The notes under the pieces: generated by a model
The model's input: the letters and a program-made list of their open reading frames with translations, nothing else
Databases searched by the model: none
Told to the model about the DNA's origin: nothing
Translations under genes and position numbers: made by a program
IMG/VR virus record: IMGVR_UViG_3300028837_000518
Location: 1-64,000 of that record
DNA length: 64,000 nt
From: a virus
Reading direction: 5' to 3' (one strand)
Shown here: piece by piece, positions 41,261 to 49,923 of the stretch
How positions within the stretch are numbered: the first letter of the stretch is position 1
How the letters are laid out: every line of letters begins with the position of its first letter

Positions 41261-41722
41261 ATGGTAGCACTCATCATATTGACCATGATTTGGGTTCCAA
41301 TTAGTGGTGTCCGGGAGCACGTATGCACTTGGTATGGTAATGAGTTTCTAGGCCGCAAACCAAGTGCGGCATGGCACGGAGTAGCAGACGTTGTAGTTGA
41401 TGAAGTTACTTACGGTATTGCCGCGCCAATTGAGATACCACTTGGTAGTTACGTTCGTGTATGTCGTACAGGCACCTGTTCTGACTCAACAAGGTTACTC
41501 AGCACCGACTATAACGGTCGGTGTGTTGTCGCACGTGTACTTGATCGTCGCGCGCGCTCTATACCGGGCTACTGGGATTTATGGCCAGCTACTGCCGAGG
41601 CCCTTGGTTTTGGACCATCATGGGCACACCGTGGGTTAGACGCTGGTTGTATTCAGGCCACAGTAGAAATTCGCAGAATAGGGAGGATACAGTGGGACTT
41701 GATATCTACCTTTACAAAGTAA
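41261..41722 (+). CDS. RlpA-like double-psi beta-barrel protein (putative cell-wall enzyme)
   Basis: Hydrophobic N-terminus, TWYG, AAP..IPLGSYVRV, V.DR, DL...A.ALG. Confidence 0.65.
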   Translation: MVALIILTMIWVPISGVREHVCTWYGNEFLGRKPSAAWHGVADVVVDEVTYGIAAPIEIPLGSYVRVCRTGTCSDSTRLLSTDYNGRCVVARVLDRRARSIPGYWDLWPATAEALGFGPSWAHRGLDAGCIQATVEIRRIGRIQWDLISTFTK

Positions 41723-42528
41723 ATGATCTTGATAAAACAGCCCGTGTTGAGTCTCAGTATAAACGTGATGCTGACAGTTTGTGGGCGGATGGCATACGAG
41801 AGTTTGGCGCGTCCTCGTACCAAGGTCTGAGTGAAGAGCAGCAAGATACTGTAGCGGCACGAGTCAGAGTAATGGGTAGTGAACTTGGCGTTGACGAATT
41901 TGGCCAAGATACTGCCGGCAAAGAACCCATTGAAATAGACTCATTATCTTTTCCCGATCACCTCTTCAAAATTGGGAACTTCCATAGTTCTTACAACAAC
42001 AGTGGGCTTGATAGTATTCTTCGCAATGTGGTGGATACTTCTCTGTGGGATATTTTCGCAATTGATACACGCAATCCCGGCGAGGGTGATCGTGCCGAGA
42101 GATGTGGCACCTACTACATCCCTGATTGGAAAGCATCACTGGCACGCGCTGAAGATGCAGCCACACAACTTGCACTTGCTGGTGATTATAATGTAATGAG
42201 AGTGCGTCCCAGCATGATGCTACCACAACTGTCGCCACCACCACGAAGTGCTCGAGAAGCACTGTTGGCATTTCAGGAAGTAAAAGAAAAGTATAAAACA
42301 ACACTGGATTTTCATTGCAGATATGGTGAGTTTCACTTAGGAGTCCCACTGCAATGCACTGCCATTATTCCTGGTACATTCGACAACGTGCCTACGGCCC
42401 ATATAGTTTACCAAAACAGTCTTGATTGGTATAGAGAGGCTTTGCATATTGTAATTGAGACTTGTAGTTTAGTTCTTTCTATACCTTCGGATTATATCGG
42501 TAAGTACGTGCTTCAGTGGTCGCATTAG
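41692..42528 (+). CDS. conserved hypothetical phage protein
   Basis: RBS GGGAGG before GTG; MGLDIYLYK N-terminus common in phage proteins. Confidence 0.55.
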   Translation: MGLDIYLYKVNDLDKTARVESQYKRDADSLWADGIREFGASSYQGLSEEQQDTVAARVRVMGSELGVDEFGQDTAGKEPIEIDSLSFPDHLFKIGNFHSSYNNSGLDSILRNVVDTSLWDIFAIDTRNPGEGDRAERCGTYYIPDWKASLARAEDAATQLALAGDYNVMRVRPSMMLPQLSPPPRSAREALLAFQEVKEKYKTTLDFHCRYGEFHLGVPLQCTAIIPGTFDNVPTAHIVYQNSLDWYREALHIVIETCSLVLSIPSDYIGKYVLQWSH

Positions 42529-42529
42529 A

Positions 42530-43498
42530 GTGCCTTTGGATAACCTACAAGAAATCCTTGCGAACCTAGCAATAGCACAAGGGACCTCAGAACCCAAGCC
42601 CAAAGTTGTATCTATCCGTGCCAGAAAGGTATTTCGTCCGGCTGGCTGGTCTGAGTTTGTTGGTCATAAAGATGTAGTGCGCATACTACGTCAGGCACGA
42701 CAGTCAGCAGAGTCAAGAATGGAAACACTTCGACCCGTACTGCTTTGGGGACCACCCGGTTGTGGCAAGACTACAGTTGCTCGTCTACTGGCAGGTAGTG
42801 CGGGGCTACGGGAACTATCAGGCCCCACTATTGACCCAATAGAACTAGCCAATGCTCTCCAAGAGTTGTATGGTGCGAGATTTGTTCTTATTGATGAGAT
42901 ACATGGGTTGGCTAGACCCGCCCAAGAAGTTCTTTACCCCGTTCTGGATGACGGTATAGTTCACTGGGCAGGTCTAGCTACAGAGATAACCACTTCCCTC
43001 ATTGGTGCTACAACCGAGCTTGGAAAGTTAGTCAAACCTCTTCGCGATAGATTCTCTCTATCACTCTACATTGGTCATTATAACGATGAAGAGATGACGA
43101 AGATTGCTGGACTCATGGCAAGGTCTCTCAAGCTGACTATACAACAACATGGTGCAAGAACAGTAGTAAAGTGGGCGCGAGGAACGCCGCGGTGGGCTTT
43201 ACGAATCATAGAGCGTGTTCGTGACTTTTCAACTTCTATGAGTAGACGGTCGGTAAGAAAAGCAGTTGAGGACTTAGGGTTTGATACTACTGGTCTACTG
43301 CCCGAAGAGCGGGTATATCTAACAGCACTATATCTACTTGGTGGTCGCTCGGGTATATCAAACCTTTCTGCATCCATGCAACAAGATAACAACTCAGTTA
43401 GAATAGTAGAGGCCTACCTGATTCGTGCTGGTTACGTTACAATTACATCACGCGGACGAACACTCACCGATAAAGGTGTTAGATACATTGACAAGTAA
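42530..43498 (+). CDS. ruvB: Holliday junction branch migration ATPase RuvB
   Basis: FRP..W.EFVG, GPPGCGKTT, IDEIH, GATT..G.L.KPLRDRF, RGTPR, E.YLI..G...T.RGR. Confidence 0.9.
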   Translation: MPLDNLQEILANLAIAQGTSEPKPKVVSIRARKVFRPAGWSEFVGHKDVVRILRQARQSAESRMETLRPVLLWGPPGCGKTTVARLLAGSAGLRELSGPTIDPIELANALQELYGARFVLIDEIHGLARPAQEVLYPVLDDGIVHWAGLATEITTSLIGATTELGKLVKPLRDRFSLSLYIGHYNDEEMTKIAGLMARSLKLTIQQHGARTVVKWARGTPRWALRIIERVRDFSTSMSRRSVRKAVEDLGFDTTGLLPEERVYLTALYLLGGRSGISNLSASMQQDNNSVRIVEAYLIRAGYVTITSRGRTLTDKGVRYIDK

Positions 43499-43526
43499 CT
43501 ACTCGCTCATCCTGCTTGCAAGTCCT

Positions 43527-43572
43527 AACCGTAGACTACACCACGCCATGGTGCGGTCTGCGGTTTTTTTTG
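43527..43572 (+). terminator. rho-independent terminator
   Basis: AACCGTAGACTACACCA/TGGTGCGGTCTGCGGTT stem followed by a T8 run. Confidence 0.75.
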
Positions 43573-43638
43573 TACCGTTCTTTTTTTTGGTGTTCACTAT
43601 TAGATATATTTGTAACTTCATAGTAACCGCGAATTGAC

Positions 43639-44286
43639 ATGCAGAGAAACTTCTCATTCATTGCCAACTCAAATACTTTAGAGTTTCTAGCGCGTGTAGT
43701 AGCGGTTATTCGAGAGGATGACGCCTGGATTAGTAAGCGCAGAAAGCGCGAAGTGATACCCTGGGCTACAGTCACTGCCGACCGCGCAATGCGTTATACA
43801 GGAGTACTATTCCCTCATGACTGGGACCTTGCTTGGCAAGCTATCTCATGGTGTCGCGAGGTAATGGGAAAGAGAGAAGATGTTAATGACTATGAAGTGA
43901 ACCTACTCTTTTCTGTTATGGATGATAACTTTCCACATGAACAGCGCGCACTTCTGGCCAGCCTCATTCCTAAGTTTTACCGCGAGGGTGGCAGCACTGA
44001 CAGTATACATCTTGGCTCCGTTGCTATACGACAGTACTTCGACTACCTAAAACTAGAATGCACGCTGCCTATAGATACGGTTTGGGGTCATGGATATGTA
44101 TACCGATTCTCTGACTCTGATAGTAATGTACTCATTTGGTCAACAAGTAGTAAAAAACTGGATACTGGTTTAGTTTATGCCGGCAGATGTACCGTTAAAG
44201 CACATCGAGAAGTGCATGGTATTTGCAGTACTATTTTGACGCGATGCGCAATATCTGAATGTGGCAGCGATATAGTCCGAGCTTGA
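43639..44286 (+). CDS. hypothetical protein with C-terminal OB-like domain
   Basis: HLGSV...YRFSD..SNVLIW...TVKAH...TILTRC pattern. Confidence 0.5.
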   Translation: MQRNFSFIANSNTLEFLARVVAVIREDDAWISKRRKREVIPWATVTADRAMRYTGVLFPHDWDLAWQAISWCREVMGKREDVNDYEVNLLFSVMDDNFPHEQRALLASLIPKFYREGGSTDSIHLGSVAIRQYFDYLKLECTLPIDTVWGHGYVYRFSDSDSNVLIWSTSSKKLDTGLVYAGRCTVKAHREVHGICSTILTRCAISECGSDIVRA

Positions 44287-44343
44287 CCAATTATCCTTAT
44301 CGTCTTTTGCTGTCTTTTACGGCCTACCACTGCGGGTTGGGAT

Positions 44344-44372
44344 TTGACAAGACGTAGAATCTATGCTACAAT
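44344..44372 (+). promoter_or_regulatory. sigma70 promoter heading the Y RNA/tRNA/Ro60 unit
   Basis: TTGACA-17 nt-TACAAT with TGn extension. Confidence 0.8.
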
Positions 44373-44436
44373 TTTCGGCGCATAATTGCGTGTGCAGGTG
44401 AAACTCCTACGGAAAACACAAATCCAGGAGGCAGTA

Positions 44437-45120
44437 ATGAAGTTCAATAATTTTTCCCTTAGAGTTATCGGAGGGCGCGAGAAAGCAAGTGGTTATGTTG
44501 AGATAACGCATGGCCAGCAATACTCGCTATCCATGCGTAACTTCGATAGTTTACCATGTGATGCAAAAGTAGTAATAGGTGATGTGCATATCGGCACCTG
44601 GCGTATTAGAGGCAATCGCTCCATCATCATTGAGCGGCCAGTAAATGACCAGGGTCGGTTCACCTTCTATAAGGTTGGTTCGAGTGAAGCTGAGAAGATA
44701 GGTGCTACACCGGGTGCGTCCCGTAACGGCCTAATCACGGTTACATTCACGCCAGAAATACCAAAGCCCGTACAACTTATCTACCCCCATCATTCATATA
44801 ACGACCCTTGGCGATGGCGGCCACGATATGATAGTAATTGGCTCTTTTCCTGTGGTTCGAGTACAGGTGGTGGTAGCGTACAGTCGCAGCTGCGGGGCAG
44901 CCCTGTCAGCTTTGGTGATACTCCCGTTACTGCTGATTCGTATGAAGAGGGTGTTTCTGGTCTTTCAGGATATAGTGATCAAAGATTCACCCGCGTTGCA
45001 CCACTTGACTACGATCTAACACGACAGACAACAATATCTTTGCGACTAGTCTGTAGTGACATCAGGGGGGAACCACGACCGCTAGTTTCTTGCGGTAATC
45101 CAGTCCCTCCGCCAGTATAG
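44437..45120 (+). CDS. beta-sandwich hypothetical protein
   Basis: RBS AGGAGG before ATG 44437; beta-rich N-domain, low-complexity linker, Pro-rich end. Confidence 0.65.
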   Translation: MKFNNFSLRVIGGREKASGYVEITHGQQYSLSMRNFDSLPCDAKVVIGDVHIGTWRIRGNRSIIIERPVNDQGRFTFYKVGSSEAEKIGATPGASRNGLITVTFTPEIPKPVQLIYPHHSYNDPWRWRPRYDSNWLFSCGSSTGGGSVQSQLRGSPVSFGDTPVTADSYEEGVSGLSGYSDQRFTRVAPLDYDLTRQTTISLRLVCSDIRGEPRPLVSCGNPVPPPV

Positions 45121-45151
45121 ATATTCTTTAGTTTCTACTGCACACGCAACA

Positions 45152-45214
45152 CGTCTGGGTCGCCGATTGCTGGTTACCACTTAAATGTTCCAGTAATCAC
45201 GAACTTATCCGGCG
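45152..45214 (+). ncRNA. Y RNA-like RNA 1
   Basis: Lower stem CGTCTGGGT/ATCCGGCG (one bulge), GGTCG..CTTATC, upper stem GATTGCTGG/CCAGTAATC, then TTACC. Confidence 0.65.
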
Positions 45215-45322
45215 CTTACTTTAAACACCACACCGAGCTAGTATTTCTAAAGAAACCGTGCGATCTTTGATTCTAAGATCAAAGATTCTACAACTTCTAA
45301 GTGACAGTCTTGGTGTTGGTAC

Positions 45323-45423
45323 GGGTTGGGTCGAAGTATGTCGGTTATCATACATAGTAATAGCATGGGTAAGAGTACGGCTCTACCATGCCCAAACTCG
45401 ACATACATTCCCTTATCCAATCC
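45323..45423 (+). ncRNA. Y RNA-like RNA 2
   Basis: GGGTTGGGT/ATCCAATCC, CGAA, GTATGTCG/CGACATAC, GTTATC, internal hairpin. Confidence 0.8.
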
Positions 45424-45440
45424 ATAATACTTAAATTGTT

Positions 45441-45499
45441 GGCTAGGTCGAAGTATGCTGGTTATCCTCTATGATCCCGGCTACAATCCTTATCTAGCC
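45441..45499 (+). ncRNA. Y RNA-like RNA 3 (minimal, 59 nt)
   Basis: GGCTAGGT/ATCTAGCC, CGAA, GTATGCTGG/CCGGCTAC, TTATC loop. Confidence 0.8.
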
Positions 45500-45502
45500 T
45501 TT

Positions 45503-45575
45503 AGGTAAATAGCTCAGTTGGTAGAGCACTTCTTTTACAAAGAAGAGATCGCAGGTTCGAGTCCTGCTTTGCCTA
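45503..45575 (+). tRNA. tRNA-Val(TAC)
   Basis: AGGTAAA/TTTGCCT acceptor, CTTCT-TTTACAA-AGAAG anticodon arm, GCAGG-TTCGAGT-CCTGC; followed by CTA, not CCA. Confidence 0.92.
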
Positions 45576-45586
45576 CTAAAACTTAA

Positions 45587-45693
45587 TAGATTAGGTCGAA
45601 GAGTATCGGTTATCAAGGCAAGCCGAGAGGTTGGTCTGGTGAGCCAGACTTAACATCGGTTATGAAAACGATCTCACAAACTTATCTAATCTA
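45587..45693 (+). ncRNA. Y RNA-like RNA 4
   Basis: TAGATTAGGT/ATCTAATCTA, CGAA, GAGTATCG/CGATCTC, GTTATC, long internal hairpin. Confidence 0.8.
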
Positions 45694-45696
45694 CAT

Positions 45697-45768
45697 GGGG
45701 GCGTAGCTTAACGGGAAAGCACCTCTTTTGCAAGGAGGGTACTGGAGGTTCAATTCCTCCCGTCTCCA
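45697..45768 (+). tRNA. tRNA-Ala(TGC)
   Basis: GGGGGCG/CGTCTCC with G3:U70, CCTCT-TTTGCAA-GGAGG, GGAGG-TTCAATT-CCTCC. Confidence 0.92.
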
Positions 45769-45771
45769 CCT

Positions 45772-45834
45772 CTTGGGTCGAATGCATTGGGTTATTCAAG
45801 GTGAAAACTTCCCAACGCAGTTAACTTATCCAAG
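45772..45834 (+). ncRNA. Y RNA-like RNA 5
   Basis: CTTGGGT/ATCCAAG, CGAA, TGCATTGGG/CCCAACGCA (one mismatch), TTATT, CTTATC. Confidence 0.78.
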
Positions 45835-45843
45835 TAATAATAT

Positions 45844-45916
45844 GCGGGAGTAGCTCAGTTGGTAGAGCATCGCCTTGCCAGGGCGAGGGTCACGAGTTCG
45901 AGTCTCGTTTTCCGCT
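45844..45916 (+). tRNA. tRNA-Gly(GCC)
   Basis: GCGGGAG/TTTCCGC, TCGCC-TTGCCAG-GGCGA, ACGAG-TTCGAGT-CTCGT, U73. Confidence 0.92.
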
Positions 45917-45925
45917 TATGTTGTT

Positions 45926-46004
45926 AAGCCGGGTCGAGTTCAGTGGGTTATTGTGTATAATAATCCTTGTGTGTGTTTTCCCACTGGAAAAGTTAACCTG
46001 GCTT
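45926..46004 (+). ncRNA. Y RNA-like RNA 6
   Basis: AAGCCGGGT/ACCTGGCTT, CGAG, TTCAGTGGG/CCCACTGGA, TTATT. Confidence 0.72.
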
Positions 46005-46051
46005 TTATCTCTCTGGGACGCTTTTCCATCCACCACTACTAGGAGGTTATA

Positions 46052-47752
46052 ATGAGCAATTACGGCCAACACTTCTCTACACAGCAAACCGTCCAGACCG
46101 AGCCCATCCCAGGAAAAGATATGGGAGAAAACTTGGCTGGTGGTTATGCATTCAAGATTGATAAGTGGGCAAGACTTCAGCGTTTTCTTATCCTCGGCGC
46201 GGAAGGCACCTACTATGCTAGCGGTCAAGCAATGACCATTGATAATGCTAACGTAGTAGTGGATTGTATTCGGGAAGATGGCCGGCGAGTGGTAGATAGT
46301 ATTGTTACTACCTCACAAGAGGGTCGTGCGCCCAAGAATGACTCAGCACTATTTGCCCTTCTCATGTGTATGACACCAGACTTTGCCAATCTTGCAACTC
46401 GCCAAGCAGCATTTGCTGCTCTTCCTGCAGTTGCACGAATTGGTACGCACCTATTTAAGTTCTGCTCTGAGGTTGACTCAATGCGGGGTTGGGGACGTGG
46501 GCTACGACGCGCACTCTCTAGGTGGTACAACTCTAAAGCTCCTGCTCGCCTTGCATACCAAGTTGTAAAGTATCAGCAGCGGCATGGCTGGACCCACAGA
46601 GATGTATTGCGCAAGGCTCACCCAGTCCCCTTATCGGATGCGCACAAGATTATCTATCACTACATAACTCAAAAGGAGCTACCATGTAGTCTCGCGCAGA
46701 CAGAGGGTGGTGTGGATATGTTGTATGCCTTCGAGTCTATCAAACGGGCCGAGAGTGTTAATCAGGCCACACAACTAATCCGTGAATTCAGACTTCCTCG
46801 CGAGGCAGTGCCAACTCGATTCTTGAATGATAGTGCTATTTGGCAAGCACTACTAGAATCTATGCCTATGACCGCCATGATTCGCAACCTTGCCAAGATG
46901 ACCAGTATTGGTCTACTTGCTCCCTTGTCGTTCGCAGCTAACTTTGTAGTAAAGCAATTAGGTAATGCAGATTATCTGAGACGCGCACGCGTTCACCCAT
47001 TCTCTGTATTTCTTGCGTTGCGAACCTACGCGATGGGTTGCGGTATTCGTGGTAAGCTTCGGTGGGAACCAGTACCTGCCATAGTAGATGCGCTTGACAA
47101 GGCTTTTTACTTGTGTTTTGATAATGTTGAGCCAACTGGAAAGCGTATAGTAATCGGCGTTGATGTCTCGGGTAGCATGAGTGCGCCGATACTCGCTGAT
47201 CCTAATACACAATTCATGGTACCGGGGCCACCATCAGTCCTGGAGGCCGCTGCTGCAATTGCGTTAGTTACTAACGCTGTGGAACCCAATAGTACTATAG
47301 TAGCATTCTCGCATGATATAGTACCAATCACTATTACACCGCGCCAGCGGATTGATAACCTTTGCAACGAGCTACGCGGCCTACCAATGGGCAATACAGA
47401 CTGTGCTCTACCCATGCTTTGGGCGCTAGGTTATGCGCCCGATGTACGTGGTGGTATTCACAGATGGTTCCGTCACCCCTGCGATTATAAGAAAGTTAGG
47501 GACAACGTTATCGAGGCTGATGTTTTCATAGTAATTACCGACAACGAGACTTGGTTTGGCAAGATACACCCTGTGCAGGCACTAAACAAGTATCGAAAGC
47601 AAACAGGTATTGACGCCAAGCTAGTTGTTCTCGCTATGACCTCTACCGGATTTTCTATAGCTGACCCCAATGATTCTGGAATGCTTGATATTTGTGGTAT
47701 GGATAGCGCTGTTCCCACACTTATCTCTGACTTTATAAGTGGCAGAGTTTAG
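46052..47752 (+). CDS. rsr: Ro60/Rsr RNA-binding protein (TROVE plus vWA domains)
   Basis: NLAGGYAF...LQRFLILG.EGTYY, GWGRGLRRA, YQVVKYQQRHGWTHRD, MPMTAMIRNL, RVHP, MIDAS DVSGSM, TDCALPM, TDNETW, SIADPND.GMLD; RBS AGGAGG. Confidence 0.95.
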   Translation: MSNYGQHFSTQQTVQTEPIPGKDMGENLAGGYAFKIDKWARLQRFLILGAEGTYYASGQAMTIDNANVVVDCIREDGRRVVDSIVTTSQEGRAPKNDSALFALLMCMTPDFANLATRQAAFAALPAVARIGTHLFKFCSEVDSMRGWGRGLRRALSRWYNSKAPARLAYQVVKYQQRHGWTHRDVLRKAHPVPLSDAHKIIYHYITQKELPCSLAQTEGGVDMLYAFESIKRAESVNQATQLIREFRLPREAVPTRFLNDSAIWQALLESMPMTAMIRNLAKMTSIGLLAPLSFAANFVVKQLGNADYLRRARVHPFSVFLALRTYAMGCGIRGKLRWEPVPAIVDALDKAFYLCFDNVEPTGKRIVIGVDVSGSMSAPILADPNTQFMVPGPPSVLEAAAAIALVTNAVEPNSTIVAFSHDIVPITITPRQRIDNLCNELRGLPMGNTDCALPMLWALGYAPDVRGGIHRWFRHPCDYKKVRDNVIEADVFIVITDNETWFGKIHPVQALNKYRKQTGIDAKLVVLAMTSTGFSIADPNDSGMLDICGMDSAVPTLISDFISGRV

Positions 47753-47753
47753 C

Positions 47754-48209
47754 ATGAGCGAGGCGGAAAGACTTGAGGCTCTAATAGATCAGTTAGCAGA
47801 GCTAAGAGATATGGTGCACTTTCTTCAAAGTGCCGAAGACGATGCGAAAGCAACGCTAGAGCAAGTACAAGAATACCAAATCTATAACAATATAGTAGAT
47901 GGGCGCAAAAAGCTAAAGCGACAGGTTAAAGAACACGAAGTAGTAATACGTAACTTAGTTGTTAAAGTCTTTAGTGAAACAGGCATAAGGTATCCGGGGA
48001 CAGGTCGTGCATATATTCAAATGGTTAAGACTTGTGTCTACGACGAAACCAATATTCATGCCTGGTGTGTCGAACGCGCCCCCGGCTTTCTCAATCTTAA
48101 TACTAGAGCAATTGAGAAAGCAGCAAAGTCGGGTGCAAATGGTATGCCTATAGAAGTTACTGTAGTTCCGCGCGGTTATATCAAGGGCAAGCTAGATGTC
48201 CCGGCCTAA
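47754..48209 (+). CDS. coiled-coil phage protein (Gp157/Gam-like, tentative)
   Basis: Heptad N-half and beta C-half; directly after rsr. Confidence 0.4.
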   Translation: MSEAERLEALIDQLAELRDMVHFLQSAEDDAKATLEQVQEYQIYNNIVDGRKKLKRQVKEHEVVIRNLVVKVFSETGIRYPGTGRAYIQMVKTCVYDETNIHAWCVERAPGFLNLNTRAIEKAAKSGANGMPIEVTVVPRGYIKGKLDVPA

Positions 48210-48699
48210 TACACCAAGCTTTTGGACAACAACACATACTACCAGTGAAAAGGACGAGTGGGAAACACCGCGAAGTCTCGTTAGCTACTTAGCACAGTAC
48301 TTTTCCTGGGACCTTGATGTGTGTGCGAGTCGAGCAAATGTCTGCGAGACCTTTCTTACTAAGGCCGATAACGCCCTAAGTTGTAGTTGGACGGGACTGT
48401 GCTGGAATAACCCACCATACGGAAAAGAGATGCGTCGGTGGATTGCTAAAGCAAAACACGCTGCGCAGTCCCCCGGCACTACAGTAGTCTGTCTAGTGCC
48501 GGCTCGCACCGATACTAAGTGGTGGCATCACAACGTTCCTGAAGCAAGCTTGGTAGTTTTCTTAAAGGGTCGACTTAGCTTTGAACTAGATAACATTGGG
48601 CAACCCGCACCATTCCCATCAGCTATAATAGTGTTTGGTCCACTAAGTGAACTACAGAAAAATGTTCTAAAACACATGGGCTGGTCACCACTAGGATAG
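48196..48699 (+). CDS. phage DNA N6-adenine methyltransferase
   Basis: DEWETP, LDVCAS, NPPYG, LVPARTDTKWW, F.KGRL.F, APFPS. Confidence 0.9.
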   Translation: MSRPNTPSFWTTTHTTSEKDEWETPRSLVSYLAQYFSWDLDVCASRANVCETFLTKADNALSCSWTGLCWNNPPYGKEMRRWIAKAKHAAQSPGTTVVCLVPARTDTKWWHHNVPEASLVVFLKGRLSFELDNIGQPAPFPSAIIVFGPLSELQKNVLKHMGWSPLG

Positions 48700-49500
48700 G
48701 AGAGAGATGTTACTTAGTAAAAAGGAAACTAAACAACTGTTGCGCGCACTCTGTGAAGTCACCGACATTGAGCAATGTCAACCTTATACAATGGTGCGAG
48801 TAGTTATACCTAAGCTTCCCAACGTCTTAGGGGCGCATCCCGAGGCAATAACCGCTGCTGGATTCTCTAAAGTTGTATGGCCCGATAAGTGGTCGCCCAC
48901 GATTGGTATTCGTATTGCTAAAGTACGCGCTGCCGACCGTATATTTAACGGGCTATGGGATGTTAACTTTCGCGTTACAGTAGAGTGTGCGCAGAAGTGG
49001 CGGGAGCAAGTTAAGGCAGCCCGACCAGAGCTACACACTGATGAGGTAGAACTTCTTCCCGCGAGTGTTCCTGCGTGAAGAAAACACGGTTAGCATTCAA
49101 TCACTACACGAGTATAGGGTGGTTACTACGACACCCCAAGGAACTCTTTCAGGAACTAAAGTGGTTTATTCAGCGTGGTCTTTATGGGTATTCTGATAGA
49201 GATGTTTGGGGTATATGTGACTACCTCGTAGCGTGGATGCCGTCTGCAATTGACCAACTAAGGAAAAATTCCCATAGTTTTCCCACTGAACTATCACATT
49301 TTGACTGGCATGTTATTCTTGCCGAGATAAAGAATGGTTGGCAAGCAGGTGAAAAGTGGCTAGCTTGTGAATATACTAGCGATGACGAGCGTGAAGAGAT
49401 AGAGAAGACTTTCTACAAAGGCTTTGCTCTCTTCTATGCGTGGTTCTGGCACCTTTGGGATTGACAACGTGATTACTAAAGTAGTAAGTATTCAATTGGG

Positions 49501-49923
49501 ATGCGAGAAATAAAAGGCGATTTGTGGCGTTACTACGCAGCCGGCGTACCATGCTGTATTACAGTGAATGGTTTTGTAAAGGCTAATGGTTGTGCTGTGA
49601 TGGGGCGTGGTAGCGTGTATTCCTACTGCGTCCCCATTTGTTTTCTTTTCCAGTTAAAAGAGATCGGGCTACCTGCGTTAGTAATCGTAGTAATGTAGTG
49701 CGACACATGCGAAGGAAATTTAGGCCCGGTATGGGCACTAAAGGCTGAGCCACTTGTTATCAGGGCAAGCCTTTCATATCTCGATCACATTCGTATAGCA
49801 ATGGATTGGCGTGTAGTAATACTACCAAGGCCAGGATGTGGTGCTGGTGAACTTGACTGGGAAGAAGATGTACGCCCTATTTGTAATAAGTATAAGGAAT
49901 GGTTATGGATAATCTCGAAGTGA
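49501..49923 (+). pseudogene. macrodomain-like (ADP-ribose) gene split over three frame segments
   Basis: MREIKGDLW...ITVNG.VK.NG.AVMGRG, then FSFPVK, then LPRPGCGAGELDW, separated by two frameshifts. Confidence 0.65.

Noticed and set aside
45262-45286. Amber-suppressor anticodon (CTA) hairpin
   Set aside because: The loop is 4-6 nt rather than 7, and there is no D- or T-arm.
45152-46004. CRISPR array reading of the recurring GGTCGAA/GGTTAT motifs
   Set aside because: The motifs are short and non-identical, spacing is irregular, tRNAs intervene and no cas genes are present. Conservation is structural and fits Y RNAs.
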